Below are positions 8,009-22,216 of a DNA stretch of 64,000 nucleotides, piece after piece. The stretch is from Myxococcota bacterium. GTDB taxonomy: Bacteria > Myxococcota_A > UBA796 > UBA2385. The stretch's first letter is position 1, and each line of letters begins with the position of its first letter. The notes under the pieces are model-generated. The model was not told the DNA's origin and did no database searches. It saw only the letters and a program-made list of their open reading frames with translations. The stretch lies in NCBI GenBank assembly GCA_044344255.1, contig JBIJDH010000019.1, positions 1 through 64,000 on the forward strand, read 5' to 3'. The translations under genes and the position numbers were made by a program.

Positions 8009-8119
8009 GGGGGCGCTCCTCCCTCCCGTCCCGACGAACATCGCCGAGAGGCCGAGCGATAACCCGGCTGCCCATCGCCGCCGCCCTCTGATACGATGCC
8101 CGACCTGTCCGGAGATCCG

Positions 8120-10399
8120 ATGCGCGCGCTCATCCTGCTCCCCCTCTCCCTCATGGCCCTCGCCTGCAAGACCGACTCGGGGGACAAGTCCAACCCGAGC
8201 TCGACCTCCACCGACGGGAGCGGAGAGTCCGACGCCGACACCGACACCGACGCCGACACCGACGCCGACACCGACGCCGACACCGACGCCGACACCGACG
8301 CCGACCCCTGCGTGGAGGAGGTCGGCGGCGCGCTGCCCGACGGCGTGGAGTGGGTGAGCTACGACGGCGTCTCTCACGAGACCTTCAGCTTCGCCGACGG
8401 CGTCTTCCCCACGAATTGGGAGGGGTACTACGGGACCTACAACCTCAACACCGAGGAGGTCTATGCCGGCAACAACGTCAAGCTGACCCGCCCGGGCTCC
8501 GTGGTCGCCGTCCAGGTGCGCTGGGCGAACCTCAAGAGTGACCCCTCCGCCGCCACGATCTCGCTCTACCCGGACTTCAGCAGCAACGCCTACTCCTTCG
8601 ACTGGCAGAACCCCATCGTGTCGGCCACCCGCTGCCTGACCAGCGCCGACGAGGGCGCCTGGACCGAGGTGGTCTTCCCGAGCCCGGTCCACCTCGACCA
8701 GCCGGGCTACGTCTATGCGGCCTATCACCGCGAAGAGGGGGCCGACGCGCCCGAGGTCCTCATGGAGAACCTCTACAGCGAGGCGGAGCCCTACTGGTCG
8801 GGCGTCCGCTGGCCGAACATCGACACGCGGGTGTACTACGGCGGCCTCCAGAGCCCCTTTTACACCTGGCAGATCCGCCTCGGCGTCGTCTACGACGAGT
8901 CTGAGGCCATCCCGGCCGAGGACAAGCCCTTTCAGCTCGACGCCTCCCTGTCCGTGTCGAGCCGAGTGGCCTGGGGGGACTACGACAATGACGGCGACGA
9001 CGACGTCATGACCTCTGGCCCCAGCCTCTATCGGAACAACGGCGACGGCACCTTCACCGACGTCACCGCCTCCTCCTTCAGCGCCGGGGTCGGCACAGGC
9101 GGCGGCGTCTGGGGAGACTACGACAACGACGGCTGCCTCGACTACTTCGGCCAGGGCGGCGGAGCCACGGCGGGGGAGCTCCTGCTCCACAACGACTGTG
9201 ACGGCACCTTCACCGACCTCACCCTCGAGAGCGGCATCAACGACTTCCAGTCCGAGATCGACTGCGACGAGGACGGCCTGGGCGAATATTCCCCCACTGA
9301 GGGCGCCGCCTGGTTCGACCTCGACAACGACGGGCTGCTCGACCTCTACCTCGCCAACTACGAGTGCTCGTCGGGGTCCGGAGCCTACACCCTGTTCTAC
9401 GACGACAAGGTCTGGAAGAACAACGGGGACGGCACCTTCACCGACTGGACGCTGGCCTCGGGTATCCCCCAGTCCAACAAGGCCGGCCGCGGCGTCAACA
9501 CCGCCGACTTCGACCAGGACGGAGACACCGACGTCTTCGTGAGCAACTACCGCCTGACCGAGAACTTCCTGCTCGAGAACAACGGCGACGGCACGATGAC
9601 CGACATCGGGCGGTCCAGCGGCACCCGCGGGATCAACGACAGCGGGGCCTACGGCCACACCATCGGCTCGACCTGGGGTGACATCGACAACGACGGCGAC
9701 TTTGACCTCGTGTCGGCGAACCTCGCCCACCCCTTCTACTACTCCTTCAGCGACCGCACGATGGTGCTGATCAACGACGGGGACGGGGTCTTCACCGACG
9801 AGGCGGAGAGCCGCGGCATCGTCTATCGAGAGACCGACTCGAACCCCACCCTCTTCGACGGCGACAACGACGGCGACCTCGACCTCTTCATCACCGCCGT
9901 CTATCCCTCTCGCGACAGCTCCTATTACGAGAACGACGGGACGGGCGTCTTCACGCTCCGGAATTACGAGAGCGGCCTCGTCGTCCAGAACGGCTGGGGG
10001 GCCGCCGCGGCCGACCCCGATCAGGACGGCGACCAGGACATGCTCGCCTATGGCCTGTACCGGAACCACCAGGCCAACGGGAATCATTGGCTGGAGGTGC
10101 GCGCGGTGGGCGGCGCCGGCTCGGGCGGCCTGTCGAACCGCAGCGCCATTGGGGCGATCGTCGAGGTCACCGCCGCCGGGGCCGCCCAGCTTCGACAGGT
10201 TCAGGGCGGGACGGGGACGAGCAACCAGGACAGCTTCGCGCAGCACTTCGGCCTCGGCGCCGAGGCGTTGGTGGACAGCCTGACCGTCTCCTTCCCCGGC
10301 GGGGCCACGGTCGAGCTCACCGACGTGGCGGCCGACCAGCTCATCTGGGTCTTCGAGGACGGCAGCTCAGCCACCGGCTGGGCGCCACCGGCCCTGTGA
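8120..10399 (+). CDS. CRTAC1/ASPIC-UnbV family FG-GAP repeat lipoprotein
   Basis: Lipobox LAC, repeated WGDYDNDG and NNGDGTFTD motifs, C-terminal NRSAIGAIVEV...QHFGLG. Confidence 0.88.
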   Translation: MRALILLPLSLMALACKTDSGDKSNPSSTSTDGSGESDADTDTDADTDADTDADTDADTDADPCVEEVGGALPDGVEWVSYDGVSHETFSFADGVFPTNWEGYYGTYNLNTEEVYAGNNVKLTRPGSVVAVQVRWANLKSDPSAATISLYPDFSSNAYSFDWQNPIVSATRCLTSADEGAWTEVVFPSPVHLDQPGYVYAAYHREEGADAPEVLMENLYSEAEPYWSGVRWPNIDTRVYYGGLQSPFYTWQIRLGVVYDESEAIPAEDKPFQLDASLSVSSRVAWGDYDNDGDDDVMTSGPSLYRNNGDGTFTDVTASSFSAGVGTGGGVWGDYDNDGCLDYFGQGGGATAGELLLHNDCDGTFTDLTLESGINDFQSEIDCDEDGLGEYSPTEGAAWFDLDNDGLLDLYLANYECSSGSGAYTLFYDDKVWKNNGDGTFTDWTLASGIPQSNKAGRGVNTADFDQDGDTDVFVSNYRLTENFLLENNGDGTMTDIGRSSGTRGINDSGAYGHTIGSTWGDIDNDGDFDLVSANLAHPFYYSFSDRTMVLINDGDGVFTDEAESRGIVYRETDSNPTLFDGDNDGDLDLFITAVYPSRDSSYYENDGTGVFTLRNYESGLVVQNGWGAAAADPDQDGDQDMLAYGLYRNHQANGNHWLEVRAVGGAGSGGLSNRSAIGAIVEVTAAGAAQLRQVQGGTGTSNQDSFAQHFGLGAEALVDSLTVSFPGGATVELTDVAADQLIWVFEDGSSATGWAPPAL
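8231..8305 (+). repeat. In-frame (GACGCCGACACC)n repeat encoding an Asp-Ala/Asp-Thr linker
   Basis: Encodes DADTDTDADTDADTDADTDADTDAD. Confidence 0.9.
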
Positions 10400-12048
10400 C
10401 CGCGAGGGACCCTGCCCAGCTTGGCTTCGACCGCCTGCTGCAGGCCGAGCTCGACAAGGCGGAGGGTAAGAAAGCCGCGGCGATGGCCTTGCTCATCGTC
10501 CTCGGCATCGTCCCGGTCGTCGCGGCGTTGTTCGTTCAAAGTCAGTTCCTCGACCACACCGCCCATCGCCCGGGCATTATCAGCGCCTTTGTCAGCGTCT
10601 GCCTGGTCTTGCTGGCGATCGAGATCCTGGCCTGGCTGCTCATCCGGCGGCGGACCCGCGCTGGCATCCCGCTGCGACGCTGGCCGGGGGTGATGATGAT
10701 CGGGCTGGAGGCGCTGCTGCCGACCATCGGTCTCGCCCTGATCGGGAGCTTCCTCCCACCGACCTACGCGTTGACCGCCCCGCAGCTCCTGCTCTATGGG
10801 GTGACCGTCACCTCGAGCACCCTCCGGCTCGAGCCCCGCCTGTGCCTGCTCTCGGGGGGGATCAGCGCCCTGTCCTATGCGGCGCTCGCCGCCTGGCTGG
10901 TCTCCGGCGGAGGGGTGACGCTTGAGCTCGAGCGAGCGCCGGCCACCCATGTCATGCGCACCACCTACATCCTGCTGCTCGGCGGGGTGGCGGCGGCGAT
11001 CGCCTGGCAGGTGCGCGCCCGCGTGGACGCCGCCTTGCAGAACGCCCTTGATCGCAACCGGGTGGTGAGCGTCTTCGGTCGGTACCTCACGAGTGACGTC
11101 GTCGACCACCTCCTCCACGCCCCCGACGGCCTGCGCCTCGGTGGCCAGCGTCGTGAGATCACGGTCCTGATGACCGACCTCCGGGGCTTCTCGACCCTCG
11201 CCGAACGAATGCCCCCCGAGCAGGTGATGACGCTGCTCAACCACTACCTCGGGCGGATGATCCCCGTGGTGATGGCCCACGGCGGCACCCTCGACGAGAT
11301 CATCGGCGACGCCCTGCTCGTGCTCTTCAACGCCCCGCTGCACCAGGCCGATCACGCCCGGCGGGCGGTCGCCTGTGCGCTGTCGATGCAGCGGGAGATG
11401 GCGGTGGTGAACGACTGGAATGACGCACAAGGGCTGCCGCGCTTGGAGATGGGCGTCGGGCTCCACAGCGGGGAGGCGGTGGTCGGCAACATCGGCTCCG
11501 ATCAGCGACAGAAGTACGGCGTGGTGGGGAGCACGATCAACACCGCGGCCCGCGTCGAGTCGGCCACCGTCGGCGGTCAGGTGCTGGCCACCGCGCGGGT
11601 CGTCGAGCTCGCGGGCGAGGGGCTCTGGACGGGTGAGCGTCGGGCGCTCCGCCCCAAGGGCTCGGTGAGCGCCCTCGAGGTGACCGCGCTGCTCGGCCTG
11701 GGCGAGCTCCGCCTCGAGGCGACGGACGACGCCCTCTCCCCCTGCGCCACGATGCCGGTCCTGCTCCAGCTCCTCCATGGCAAGGAGCTCGATCCTCAGC
11801 CGATCGCGGCGACCCTGGTCGCCCGCTCCACCCGCGCGCTGCGCGTGCGCGCCGAGCGCTCCCTCGAGGGGGCGGAGGACCTCCGGGTGACGATCGGCGG
11901 AGCCTCCGCCTATGCCCGCGTGACCGTGGAGGCCGGCGGGGCGCTGCTCCGGATCACCTCCGCCGAGGGAGCCGCGGCCCTGTGGAGCGCGGTGGCGGCG
12001 CTACCGGCGACCCCTCAGGGCTCGGGCTCGAGGCCTACCGAGGGATAG
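10396..12048 (+). CDS. Membrane-anchored class III nucleotidyl cyclase, Cya2-like guanylyl signature
   Basis: GTG overlaps the upstream TGA. About 6 TM helices. TDLRGFS, DEIIGDA, GNIGS..KYGVVGSTINTAARVES. Confidence 0.9.
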   Translation: MTARDPAQLGFDRLLQAELDKAEGKKAAAMALLIVLGIVPVVAALFVQSQFLDHTAHRPGIISAFVSVCLVLLAIEILAWLLIRRRTRAGIPLRRWPGVMMIGLEALLPTIGLALIGSFLPPTYALTAPQLLLYGVTVTSSTLRLEPRLCLLSGGISALSYAALAAWLVSGGGVTLELERAPATHVMRTTYILLLGGVAAAIAWQVRARVDAALQNALDRNRVVSVFGRYLTSDVVDHLLHAPDGLRLGGQRREITVLMTDLRGFSTLAERMPPEQVMTLLNHYLGRMIPVVMAHGGTLDEIIGDALLVLFNAPLHQADHARRAVACALSMQREMAVVNDWNDAQGLPRLEMGVGLHSGEAVVGNIGSDQRQKYGVVGSTINTAARVESATVGGQVLATARVVELAGEGLWTGERRALRPKGSVSALEVTALLGLGELRLEATDDALSPCATMPVLLQLLHGKELDPQPIAATLVARSTRALRVRAERSLEGAEDLRVTIGGASAYARVTVEAGGALLRITSAEGAAALWSAVAALPATPQGSGSRPTEG

Positions 12049-12644
12049 GGCTCTCCGCCCGCCCACAGCGCCGCCCGCAGCCCCGCGGCCCGCGCGCCCT
12101 CGACGTCGGCGACCGGCTCATCACCGAGGTGGGTGATGGCCTCGGGGGGCAGGTCGAGCGCGTCTGCGAGCGAGAGAAAGAAGGCTCGGTCGGGCTTCTC
12201 GGCCTCCACCTCCGCGGAGATGTGGACGTGGTCGAAACGAGAGAGGAGATCGAGGGAGCCGAGCAGCGGGCGCAAGCGGCTGTCCCAATTCGAGGCGAGG
12301 GCGGTCCGCCAGCCTTGACGCCGCGCCGCGTCGAGCAGGCGCAGCGCGGGCACGGAGACCATCCAGGCCTCGGGCAACGTATAGTGCGCGTACAAGGCCT
12401 CGAAGACAACAGGGTCTCCCGTACCGATCGCCTCGGCGACCACCGCGCGCCAGAAAGAGCGGCCGTCCCCTACGTACCGGCGCCCCTCCCAGGGCTGCCC
12501 AGCGACGCGCAGGAGGCCGGCCCGGACCGCCTCGACCGAGCGCGGGTGTCCATGGGCTGCCGCGACGCGGGCATAGGTGAGGGCGACGGGCTCCCGGACG
12601 TGCAGCAGCGTGCCGCCGGCGTCGAGGCTGAGGGCGCGGATCAC
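12015..12644 (-). CDS. HAD-IA family hydrolase
   Basis: LDAGGTLL, SNWDSRL, EKPD and HLGD motifs. Confidence 0.88.
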   Translation of the reverse strand: MIRALSLDAGGTLLHVREPVALTYARVAAAHGHPRSVEAVRAGLLRVAGQPWEGRRYVGDGRSFWRAVVAEAIGTGDPVVFEALYAHYTLPEAWMVSVPALRLLDAARRQGWRTALASNWDSRLRPLLGSLDLLSRFDHVHISAEVEAEKPDRAFFLSLADALDLPPEAITHLGDEPVADVEGARAAGLRAALWAGGEPYPSVGLEPEP

Positions 12645-12724
12645 GGAGGTCTCCTCCAGCAGTTCGGCGGTGTAAGTACCCCTCCGCGCCGCCGTTGTCG
12701 GCTGCCGCCGAATCCGGAGCCCCG

Positions 12725-16072
<3,348 letters not shown>

Positions 16073-16124
16073 GCGGCGACGGGGCGCTGGGAGCCGGCGC
16101 CCCAATTCTCGAAGCGATAAGCAC

Positions 16125-16159
16125 AAAAAGCGCCCCACCTTACGGTGAGGGCGCCTTTT
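16125..16159. terminator. Bidirectional intrinsic terminator downstream of rplQ
   Basis: AAAAAGCGCCCCACC-TTAC-GGTGAGGGCGCCTTTT between convergent genes. Confidence 0.75.
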
Positions 16160-16202
16160 GAGCGGCGAACCACCGACCCGCGGACGAAGCCGCGGGCCAG
16201 GC

Positions 16203-16601
16203 TCAGTCCACCAGCTCGATCTTGGCCATCGGAGCGTTGTCCCCGATGCGGTTGCCGAGCTTGACGACGCGGGTGTAACCACCGGGACGCGTCTCGAAGC
16301 GGGCAGCGTACTCGCTGAACACCTTCCGAAGCACGTCGAGGTTGGTCACCCACAGCCGGGCCTGCCGGACGTGGTGGACCCGCTTGACCTTGCCGGCCCC
16401 TTCGGGATCGGCGTTGAAGGCCGCGGCGCCCTTCTTGCCCAAGGTGAGGACCCGCTCGGTCAGACCGCGCAGCTCCTTGGCCTTGGCCACGGTGGTGACG
16501 ATCTGTCCATGCTCGAGCAGGGAGGTGACCAGGTTGCGCAACATCGCATTTCGGTGCGACGTCGGCATGTTGAACTTACGACCGGACTTGAGGTGCCGCA
16601 T
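16203..16601 (-). CDS. rplQ: 50S ribosomal protein L17
   Basis: MRHLKSGRKF...RPGGYTRVVKLG. Confidence 0.97.
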   Translation of the reverse strand: MRHLKSGRKFNMPTSHRNAMLRNLVTSLLEHGQIVTTVAKAKELRGLTERVLTLGKKGAAAFNADPEGAGKVKRVHHVRQARLWVTNLDVLRKVFSEYAARFETRPGGYTRVVKLGNRIGDNAPMAKIELVD

Positions 16602-16657
16602 GGGCTTTCTTTCCTTGGATGCAGGACGGCCAAGCCGCCCTCACCCACCGCTACCGC

Positions 16658-17662
16658 TCAGGAGCGCTTGGGGAAGTTATGGAGCTTCATACCCAGAGAG
16701 AGCTGAAGCTCACCCAGGATCTCCTTGATTTCGTTCAGGGACTTCCGGCCGAAGTTCTTGGTCTTCAGCATCTCAGCCTCGGACTTCTCGACCAGCTGCC
16801 AGATGTGCTCGATGCCAGCGTTCTGGAGGCAGTTCGCCGACCGAACGGAGAGCTCGAGCTCATCCACACGCTTGAAGAGAGCGTCATTCCACTCAGAGTC
16901 CCCGCCCATCACGGCGTCGGACTCGGAGGCCTCATTGTCTTCGGAGAAGTTCACGAAGACGTTGATCTGCTCCTTGATGATCTTCGCCGAGAAGGCGACC
17001 GCGTCCTCCGGACGCACGCTCCCATCGGTCCAGACCTCAAGCGTGAGCTTGTCGTAGTCCGTGCGCTGACCCACACGGGCGTTGGTGACCGTGTACTTGA
17101 CCTTGCGCACCGGGCTGTGCAGGGCGTCGATGGGGATGGTGCCGATCGGGAGATCGTTCATCTTCTTCATCGAGCCGGGCACGTAGCCCTTGCCCATCTC
17201 CACCGCGACTTCGGCGATAAATCGGCCGCTCTCGGTGAGGGTGGCGATCGGGTGGCCTGGGTTCAGCACATCGGCTGCGCCGTCGAAGCGAATGTCGCCC
17301 GCGGTCACAGTGACGGTCTGACCAAGGACGCCCGACTTGTCGATCGAACCCTTGAGGGGCTCGTTCGAGGTGGTGCGGATTCGCACGCCCTTGAAGTTGA
17401 GGATGATGTCCGTCACGTCTTCGACCACCCCGGGGATGGACGAGAACTCGTGGAGGACGCTCTCAATCTTCACGGTGGTGATGGCCGCGCCCTGAAGGCT
17501 GGACAACAACACGCGCCGAAGGGCGTTTCCGAGGGTGATTCCGAAGCCACGCTCGAGCGGGCGGACGACGAACTTGCCGTAGGTCTGACTGGACCGACCG
17601 TCACGCTCTACCGAGCGAGGACGGATGAGGGTCCGCCAGTTGGCTGCAACGACTTCTTCCAT
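16658..17662 (-). CDS. rpoA: RNA polymerase subunit alpha
   Basis: [42 protein letters not shown]. Confidence 0.98.
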   Translation of the reverse strand: MEEVVAANWRTLIRPRSVERDGRSSQTYGKFVVRPLERGFGITLGNALRRVLLSSLQGAAITTVKIESVLHEFSSIPGVVEDVTDIILNFKGVRIRTTSNEPLKGSIDKSGVLGQTVTVTAGDIRFDGAADVLNPGHPIATLTESGRFIAEVAVEMGKGYVPGSMKKMNDLPIGTIPIDALHSPVRKVKYTVTNARVGQRTDYDKLTLEVWTDGSVRPEDAVAFSAKIIKEQINVFVNFSEDNEASESDAVMGGDSEWNDALFKRVDELELSVRSANCLQNAGIEHIWQLVEKSEAEMLKTKNFGRKSLNEIKEILGELQLSLGMKLHNFPKRS

Positions 17663-17739
17663 GGGACGTCTCCCGAGGATGGGGATCGGGTCGCCCCGCG
17701 GCCGTCAGGCCCAAAGGGGCGGCAGCGTACGAGGCGGTG

Positions 17740-17777
17740 AAAAAAAGCTGGCGGACCCGCGTTCAAGCGAGCCCGCC
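17740..17777 (-). terminator. Terminator/attenuator-like hairpin between rpsK and rpoA
   Basis: Minus strand GGCGGGCTCGC-TTGAAC-GCGGGTCCGCC, then AGC and T7. Confidence 0.65.
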
Positions 17778-17784
17778 CATCCGA

Positions 17785-18183
17785 TCAGACGCGGCGGCGC
17801 TTGGGGGGGCGGCAGCCGTTGTGCGGGATCGGCGTCACGTCACGGATGTGCGTGATCTTGAGCCCGGAGTTGGCGATGGCGCGGAGCGCCGACTCACGAC
17901 CGGACCCAGGGCCCTTGACGAAGACACCCACGGCCTTCATGCCGTGCTCCATCGCCTTGCGAGCGGCGTCTTCGGCGACGAGCTGCGCGGCAAAGGGGGT
18001 CGACTTGCGGGATCCCTTGAAGCCCTTCACGCCAGCGCTCGACCACGAGACGGTGTTGCCGTTCGGGTCCGAGATCGTGACGATCGTGTTGTTGAAGGTG
18101 GCCTGGATGTGCACGACGCCCGTGGGGACGTTCTTGCGCGTCCGGCGGGCAGCGGCGGCCTTACGAGGATTGGCAGCAGACAT
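17785..18183 (-). CDS. rpsK: 30S ribosomal protein S11
   Basis: [29 protein letters not shown]. Confidence 0.98.
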   Translation of the reverse strand: MSAANPRKAAAARRTRKNVPTGVVHIQATFNNTIVTISDPNGNTVSWSSAGVKGFKGSRKSTPFAAQLVAEDAARKAMEHGMKAVGVFVKGPGSGRESALRAIANSGLKITHIRDVTPIPHNGCRPPKRRRV

Positions 18184-18195
18184 CTCGGGAACCTC

Positions 18196-18561
18196 CTAGC
18201 GCTTCTTCGCGACGGCGCGACGGGGACCCTTTCGGGTGCGGGCGTTCGTGTGGGTGCGCTGGCCGCGGACGGGGAGGCCCTTCTTGTGACGGATACCCCG
18301 GTAACAGTTCACGTCGATGAGCCGCTTGATGTTCATGGCCACCTCCTTGCGGAGGTCACCTTCCACCTTGTGGTGCTTCTGGATGACTTCGCGGATCGCC
18401 GCCACCTCAACCTCAGAGAGGTCCTGGGTGCGGACGTTCGGCGACACCCGAGCCTCTTCGAGGACCCGAGCGGCCAGCGCCCGACCCATGCCGTAGAGGT
18501 AGGTGAGGGCGATGTCGATGCGCTTGTTGCGCGGGAGGTCTACACCTTCGATGCGTGCCAT
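18196..18561 (-). CDS. rpsM: 30S ribosomal protein S13
   Basis: [10 protein letters not shown]...[18 protein letters not shown]. Confidence 0.98.
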   Translation of the reverse strand: MARIEGVDLPRNKRIDIALTYLYGMGRALAARVLEEARVSPNVRTQDLSEVEVAAIREVIQKHHKVEGDLRKEVAMNIKRLIDVNCYRGIRHKKGLPVRGQRTHTNARTRKGPRRAVAKKR

Positions 18562-18564
18562 GGA

Positions 18565-18678
18565 CTACCCCTGCCGCTGCTTGTGCTTGGTAATCTCACA
18601 AACGACGCGGATGATGCCCTTGCGCCGCACGATGCGACATTTGTCGCAGATCTTCTTCACGGAAGCCTGAACTTTCAT
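18565..18678 (-). CDS. rpmJ: 50S ribosomal protein L36 (not in ORF track)
   Basis: Translated by hand: [37 protein letters not shown]. Confidence 0.97.
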   Translation of the reverse strand: MKVQASVKKICDKCRIVRRKGIIRVVCEITKHKQRQG

Positions 18679-19538
18679 CTCCGCTCCTCGCCGGACAACG
18701 CCGGTTCATCGGATGGAATTGGGGAATCGTGCACGACGGTCAGCGGGTCATCGGAAAGGAGGGGGTGGCCCGGAAGCTCGGTGAGGATCTGGGCGCCCTC
18801 TGAGGTGATCGTGATCGTGTGCTCGAAGTGGGCTGCGAGACTCCGATCCCGGGTCACGACGGTCCAGCCGTCGCGGAGGATCTTCGTATCGTAGGAGCCG
18901 AGGGTTATCATCGGCTCAACCGCCAAGCACATCCCCGGCCGGAGGAGATCTCCGGTGTTCACCTTGCCGTAGTTTGGGACGGAGGGACGCTCGTGCAGGC
19001 TCCTGCCGATGCCGTGCCCTACATACTGCCGAACTACTCCAAAGCGATGGGGGGATGCGACGGATTCGATGGCGTGACCCACGTCACCCGTGCGGCTGCC
19101 CCCCTTAGCACGGGCAATGCCAGCGTACAAGGCCCGCCGGGTCACCTCGATCAGGGTGGCGATCTTCGGGTCGGCCTCCCCGATCGCGACCGTGAAGGCC
19201 ATGTCCACGTGGTAACCCCCGTAGACCAGGCCCATGTCCACGGAGAGGAGATCACCCTCCTCCAGCGGCCGGCGGTTCGGGATGCCGTGAACGACCTGCT
19301 CGTTCAACGACGCGCAGATCGTCGCCGGGTAGGGCGGCGCCTTGGGGATCGTGTAGCCCTTGAAAGACGGGCGCGCGCCGAGCGCCAGGATCTTCTCCTC
19401 GGCGACACGATCCAGATCGGACGAAGACACCCCGGGGGCGATCATCTCGTGGAGCACGGCCGCGATCTCCGCGAGCTTTCGCCCGTTGGAGCGCATCACC
19501 GCTACCTCCCACGGCGCCTTGATGTCCTCCATGGCCAT
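18675..19538 (-). CDS. map: Methionine aminopeptidase type I
   Basis: [31 protein letters not shown]. Confidence 0.95.
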   Translation of the reverse strand: MAMEDIKAPWEVAVMRSNGRKLAEIAAVLHEMIAPGVSSSDLDRVAEEKILALGARPSFKGYTIPKAPPYPATICASLNEQVVHGIPNRRPLEEGDLLSVDMGLVYGGYHVDMAFTVAIGEADPKIATLIEVTRRALYAGIARAKGGSRTGDVGHAIESVASPHRFGVVRQYVGHGIGRSLHERPSVPNYGKVNTGDLLRPGMCLAVEPMITLGSYDTKILRDGWTVVTRDRSLAAHFEHTITITSEGAQILTELPGHPLLSDDPLTVVHDSPIPSDEPALSGEERR

Positions 19539-19540
19539 CC

Positions 19541-20188
19541 TCAGCGCGTCTCGAAGGCGGCACGAATGTCGAACCAGACGGTCGCGATGGTCCGGTCGGC
19601 GTCAAGCGTGGTGATGGGCGCACGGCCGTTCAGCCAGGCGAGCACCGGCGCGGTCTCCCGGTGGTAGGTCACCACACGGTCCTGCACAGTCTGCTCGGCG
19701 TCATCCTTTCGCTGAACGACCTCACCGTTGCAGCGGTCGCAGACCCCAGGCTGTACCGGCGGCTGATTCTCGATGTGGTAGGTGGCACCGCATGAGAGAC
19801 AGGTTCGACGGCCGGAGAGGCGCTTGATCACCACCGCGTCGTCGATGGCCAGGTTGATCACCCGGTCTACCCGCCGACCTCGCTCCGCGAGCCATCCGAG
19901 CAGGAGCTCCGCCTGAGCGACGGTGCGCGGGAAGCCGTCGTACAGCGCCCCCCCAATCGCGTCCACGTCCGTCAGTCGGCTGGCCACGATGTCGAAGACG
20001 ACTGCGTCGGGCACCAGCCCGCCGCTGTTCATGTACCCGCGCGCCAGGAGACCAAGCTCCGTGCCCTCCTTGAGGTGCCGGCGGAAGATGTCACCCGTCG
20101 AGATGTGGGGGACACCCAGCCAGCTCGCCAGCGAGGTCGCCTGGGTACCCTTGCCGGCCCCTGGAGGACCGAACAGCATGACGTCCAC
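19541..20188 (-). CDS. adk: Adenylate kinase (zinc-lid type)
   Basis: GPPGAGKGTQA, HISTGD, DGFPRT, CxxC...CxxC lid. GTG start after GGAGG. Confidence 0.96.
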   Translation of the reverse strand: MDVMLFGPPGAGKGTQATSLASWLGVPHISTGDIFRRHLKEGTELGLLARGYMNSGGLVPDAVVFDIVASRLTDVDAIGGALYDGFPRTVAQAELLLGWLAERGRRVDRVINLAIDDAVVIKRLSGRRTCLSCGATYHIENQPPVQPGVCDRCNGEVVQRKDDAEQTVQDRVVTYHRETAPVLAWLNGRAPITTLDADRTIATVWFDIRAAFETR

Positions 20189-20206
20189 GAGAGCCTCCAC
20201 CCGGCC

Positions 20207-21541
20207 TCAGGTCGAAGAGAGCGTCTTCCGGCGACCCTTCGACCGACGATTCGAGGCGCCCATCATCCCGTCGTACTGGCGGGTCAGCAGGTGTCCCTCG
20301 ATCTGTGCCACCGTGTCCAGCGACACGCCAACCACGATGAGCACGCTCGTGCCACCGAAGTAGAAGGGGAGTCCGTAAGACGAGATGAGGATGCTCGGCA
20401 GCAAGCACAGGATGGCGAGGTAGACCGAGCCTCCCGCGGTGAGCCGAGTGAGGATGCGGTCGATGTACTCCGCGGTCTGCTTGCCAGGGCGCACACCAGG
20501 GATGTACGCGCCGTGCTTGCGGAGGTTGTCCGCGACGTCCACCGGGTTGAAGGTCACCGCCGTGTAGAAGTAGGCGAAGACGATCACCATGACGACGAAG
20601 GCGACGTTGTACAACCAGCTGCCGGCCTGAAACGCCGCAGCGAGGTTTTCGATGAGCGGGTTCTGCAGACCCATCTGACCGATGGTGGCGGGGAACATCA
20701 TCACCGACGACGCGAAGATCGGAGGGATGACACCCGCCACATTCACCTTCAAGGGGAGATGTGTGGACTGCCCACCATAGATACGGCGTCCGACCACTCG
20801 CTTGGCATACTGAATCGGGATCTTTCGCTGGCCACGCTCGATGAAGATGATCACCATGATGACCACGAACATGAACGCCAGCAGCATCATGATGCCGAGC
20901 AGGCTCATCTCGCCGAGAGAGAGCTTCTGATAAAGACGGTTCACCGCTGGGATCAGACCGGCGACGATGCCACTCGAGATGATCAGCGACGACCCGTTGC
21001 CGATGCCACGGTCGGTGATCTGCTCTCCGAGCCACATCACAAAGCAGCTCCCCGCGGTCAGCGTGAGCATGGTCATCATGCGGAAGTCCCAACCGGGATC
21101 AACCACGATGTCTACGCCGGAGGAGGTGCGATTCCCCTCAAGCTGCGTCGCCCCGAGGAAGGCCTGCACCAGCGCGATGGCGATGGTGAGGTACCGGGTG
21201 TATTGGTTGAGCTTCTTCCGCCCGGCCTGCCCCTCGTTCTTGAGGCGCTCGACTTGCGGAAACACAACCTGACCGAGCTGGACGATGATGCTCGCGCTGA
21301 TGTAAGGCATGATGCCCAGCGTGAACACGCTGAACTGGCTCATGGCCCCACCGGTGAACATGTCGTAGAGCCCCAACAGGCTCCCCTGGCTAGCCGAGAA
21401 GAACTCGGTGAGCGCCTCCCGGTTTACGCCAGGCGCGGGGACGAAAATTCCAAGGCGAAAAACGCCGACCATCGCCAATGTGAACAGAATGCGGCTCCGA
21501 AGATCCGCAACCCTGAACACATTGGCGATGGTCTCAAACAC
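20207..21541 (-). CDS. secY: Preprotein translocase SecY
   Basis: [33 protein letters not shown]. Confidence 0.98.
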   Translation of the reverse strand: MFETIANVFRVADLRSRILFTLAMVGVFRLGIFVPAPGVNREALTEFFSASQGSLLGLYDMFTGGAMSQFSVFTLGIMPYISASIIVQLGQVVFPQVERLKNEGQAGRKKLNQYTRYLTIAIALVQAFLGATQLEGNRTSSGVDIVVDPGWDFRMMTMLTLTAGSCFVMWLGEQITDRGIGNGSSLIISSGIVAGLIPAVNRLYQKLSLGEMSLLGIMMLLAFMFVVIMVIIFIERGQRKIPIQYAKRVVGRRIYGGQSTHLPLKVNVAGVIPPIFASSVMMFPATIGQMGLQNPLIENLAAAFQAGSWLYNVAFVVMVIVFAYFYTAVTFNPVDVADNLRKHGAYIPGVRPGKQTAEYIDRILTRLTAGGSVYLAILCLLPSILISSYGLPFYFGGTSVLIVVGVSLDTVAQIEGHLLTRQYDGMMGASNRRSKGRRKTLSST

Positions 21542-21986
21542 CGAGCTGCTCCGCCGTGCCGCCCGCCGCCTCGATCGCGCTCTTCGCGGAGGCGGTGAAC
21601 TTCTCGGCCTTGATGGTCAGCTTGCGCTCGATGTCGCAGCCGCCGAGCACCTTGAGGGGCCCCTTGGTGCTGCCGCGGAGCAAGCCCGAAGCCTTGAGGG
21701 CCTCGAGATCGACCACCGAACCATCTTCGAAGGACTCGGCGATCGCAGAGAGCTGAATCTCAACGAACTCGGTCCGGAAGATGTTGGTGAAGCCCCGGAT
21801 CGGCAGGCGACGGTAGAGCGGCATCTGACCGCCCTCGAAGCCGCGCCGGACGCCGTGGCGAGCGTTCTGACCCTTGGTGCCGCGGCCGGACGTCTTGCCG
21901 AGCCCGGAGCCCTCACCGCGACCCACACGGGTCCGCTTCTTGGTCGAGCCCGCGGGGGGGGAAAGACGCGACAGTTCTCCAGCCAT
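21534..21986 (-). CDS. rplO: 50S ribosomal protein L15
   Basis: [31 protein letters not shown]. Confidence 0.97.
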   Translation of the reverse strand: MAGELSRLSPPAGSTKKRTRVGRGEGSGLGKTSGRGTKGQNARHGVRRGFEGGQMPLYRRLPIRGFTNIFRTEFVEIQLSAIAESFEDGSVVDLEALKASGLLRGSTKGPLKVLGGCDIERKLTIKAEKFTASAKSAIEAAGGTAEQLGV

Positions 21987-22004
21987 GACCTACTCCGAAT
22001 CTGA

Positions 22005-22196
22005 TCAATCGTTGATGTCGACTTCGTCGACCTGCACCAGGTGGAGGACCTTCGCCACCATGCCGCGAACGGCGGGCGTGTTCTCTAGCACCCGAGTCTG
22101 GTACGGCTTGGTGAGGCCGAGCCCGCGAATGGTCGCGCGCTGGCGCTCGGTGCATCCGATGATGCTCCGCCGCAGATGAACCTGAAGCTTCTTCAT
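22005..22196 (-). CDS. rpmD: 50S ribosomal protein L30
   Basis: RSIIG...RGLGL...[12 protein letters not shown]. Position in spc operon. Confidence 0.95.
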   Translation of the reverse strand: MKKLQVHLRRSIIGCTERQRATIRGLGLTKPYQTRVLENTPAVRGMVAKVLHLVQVDEVDIND

Positions 22197-22216
22197 GGTC
22201 TGCTCCTCGCCCTGTA

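Noticed and set aside
8231..8305. Short tandem repeats as a CRISPR array (also 53084-53155, 36332-36401)
   Set aside because: No unique spacers and no cas genes. They are in-frame coding repeats or a duplicated terminator.
6437..10246. Very long antisense or alternate-frame ORFs (the 5' part of 6437-10246, and 48383-51883, 30899-33850, 53351-55750 upstream part, 57965-60361)
   Set aside because: Shadow frames of real high-GC genes. Only the portions with RBS or motif support were kept.
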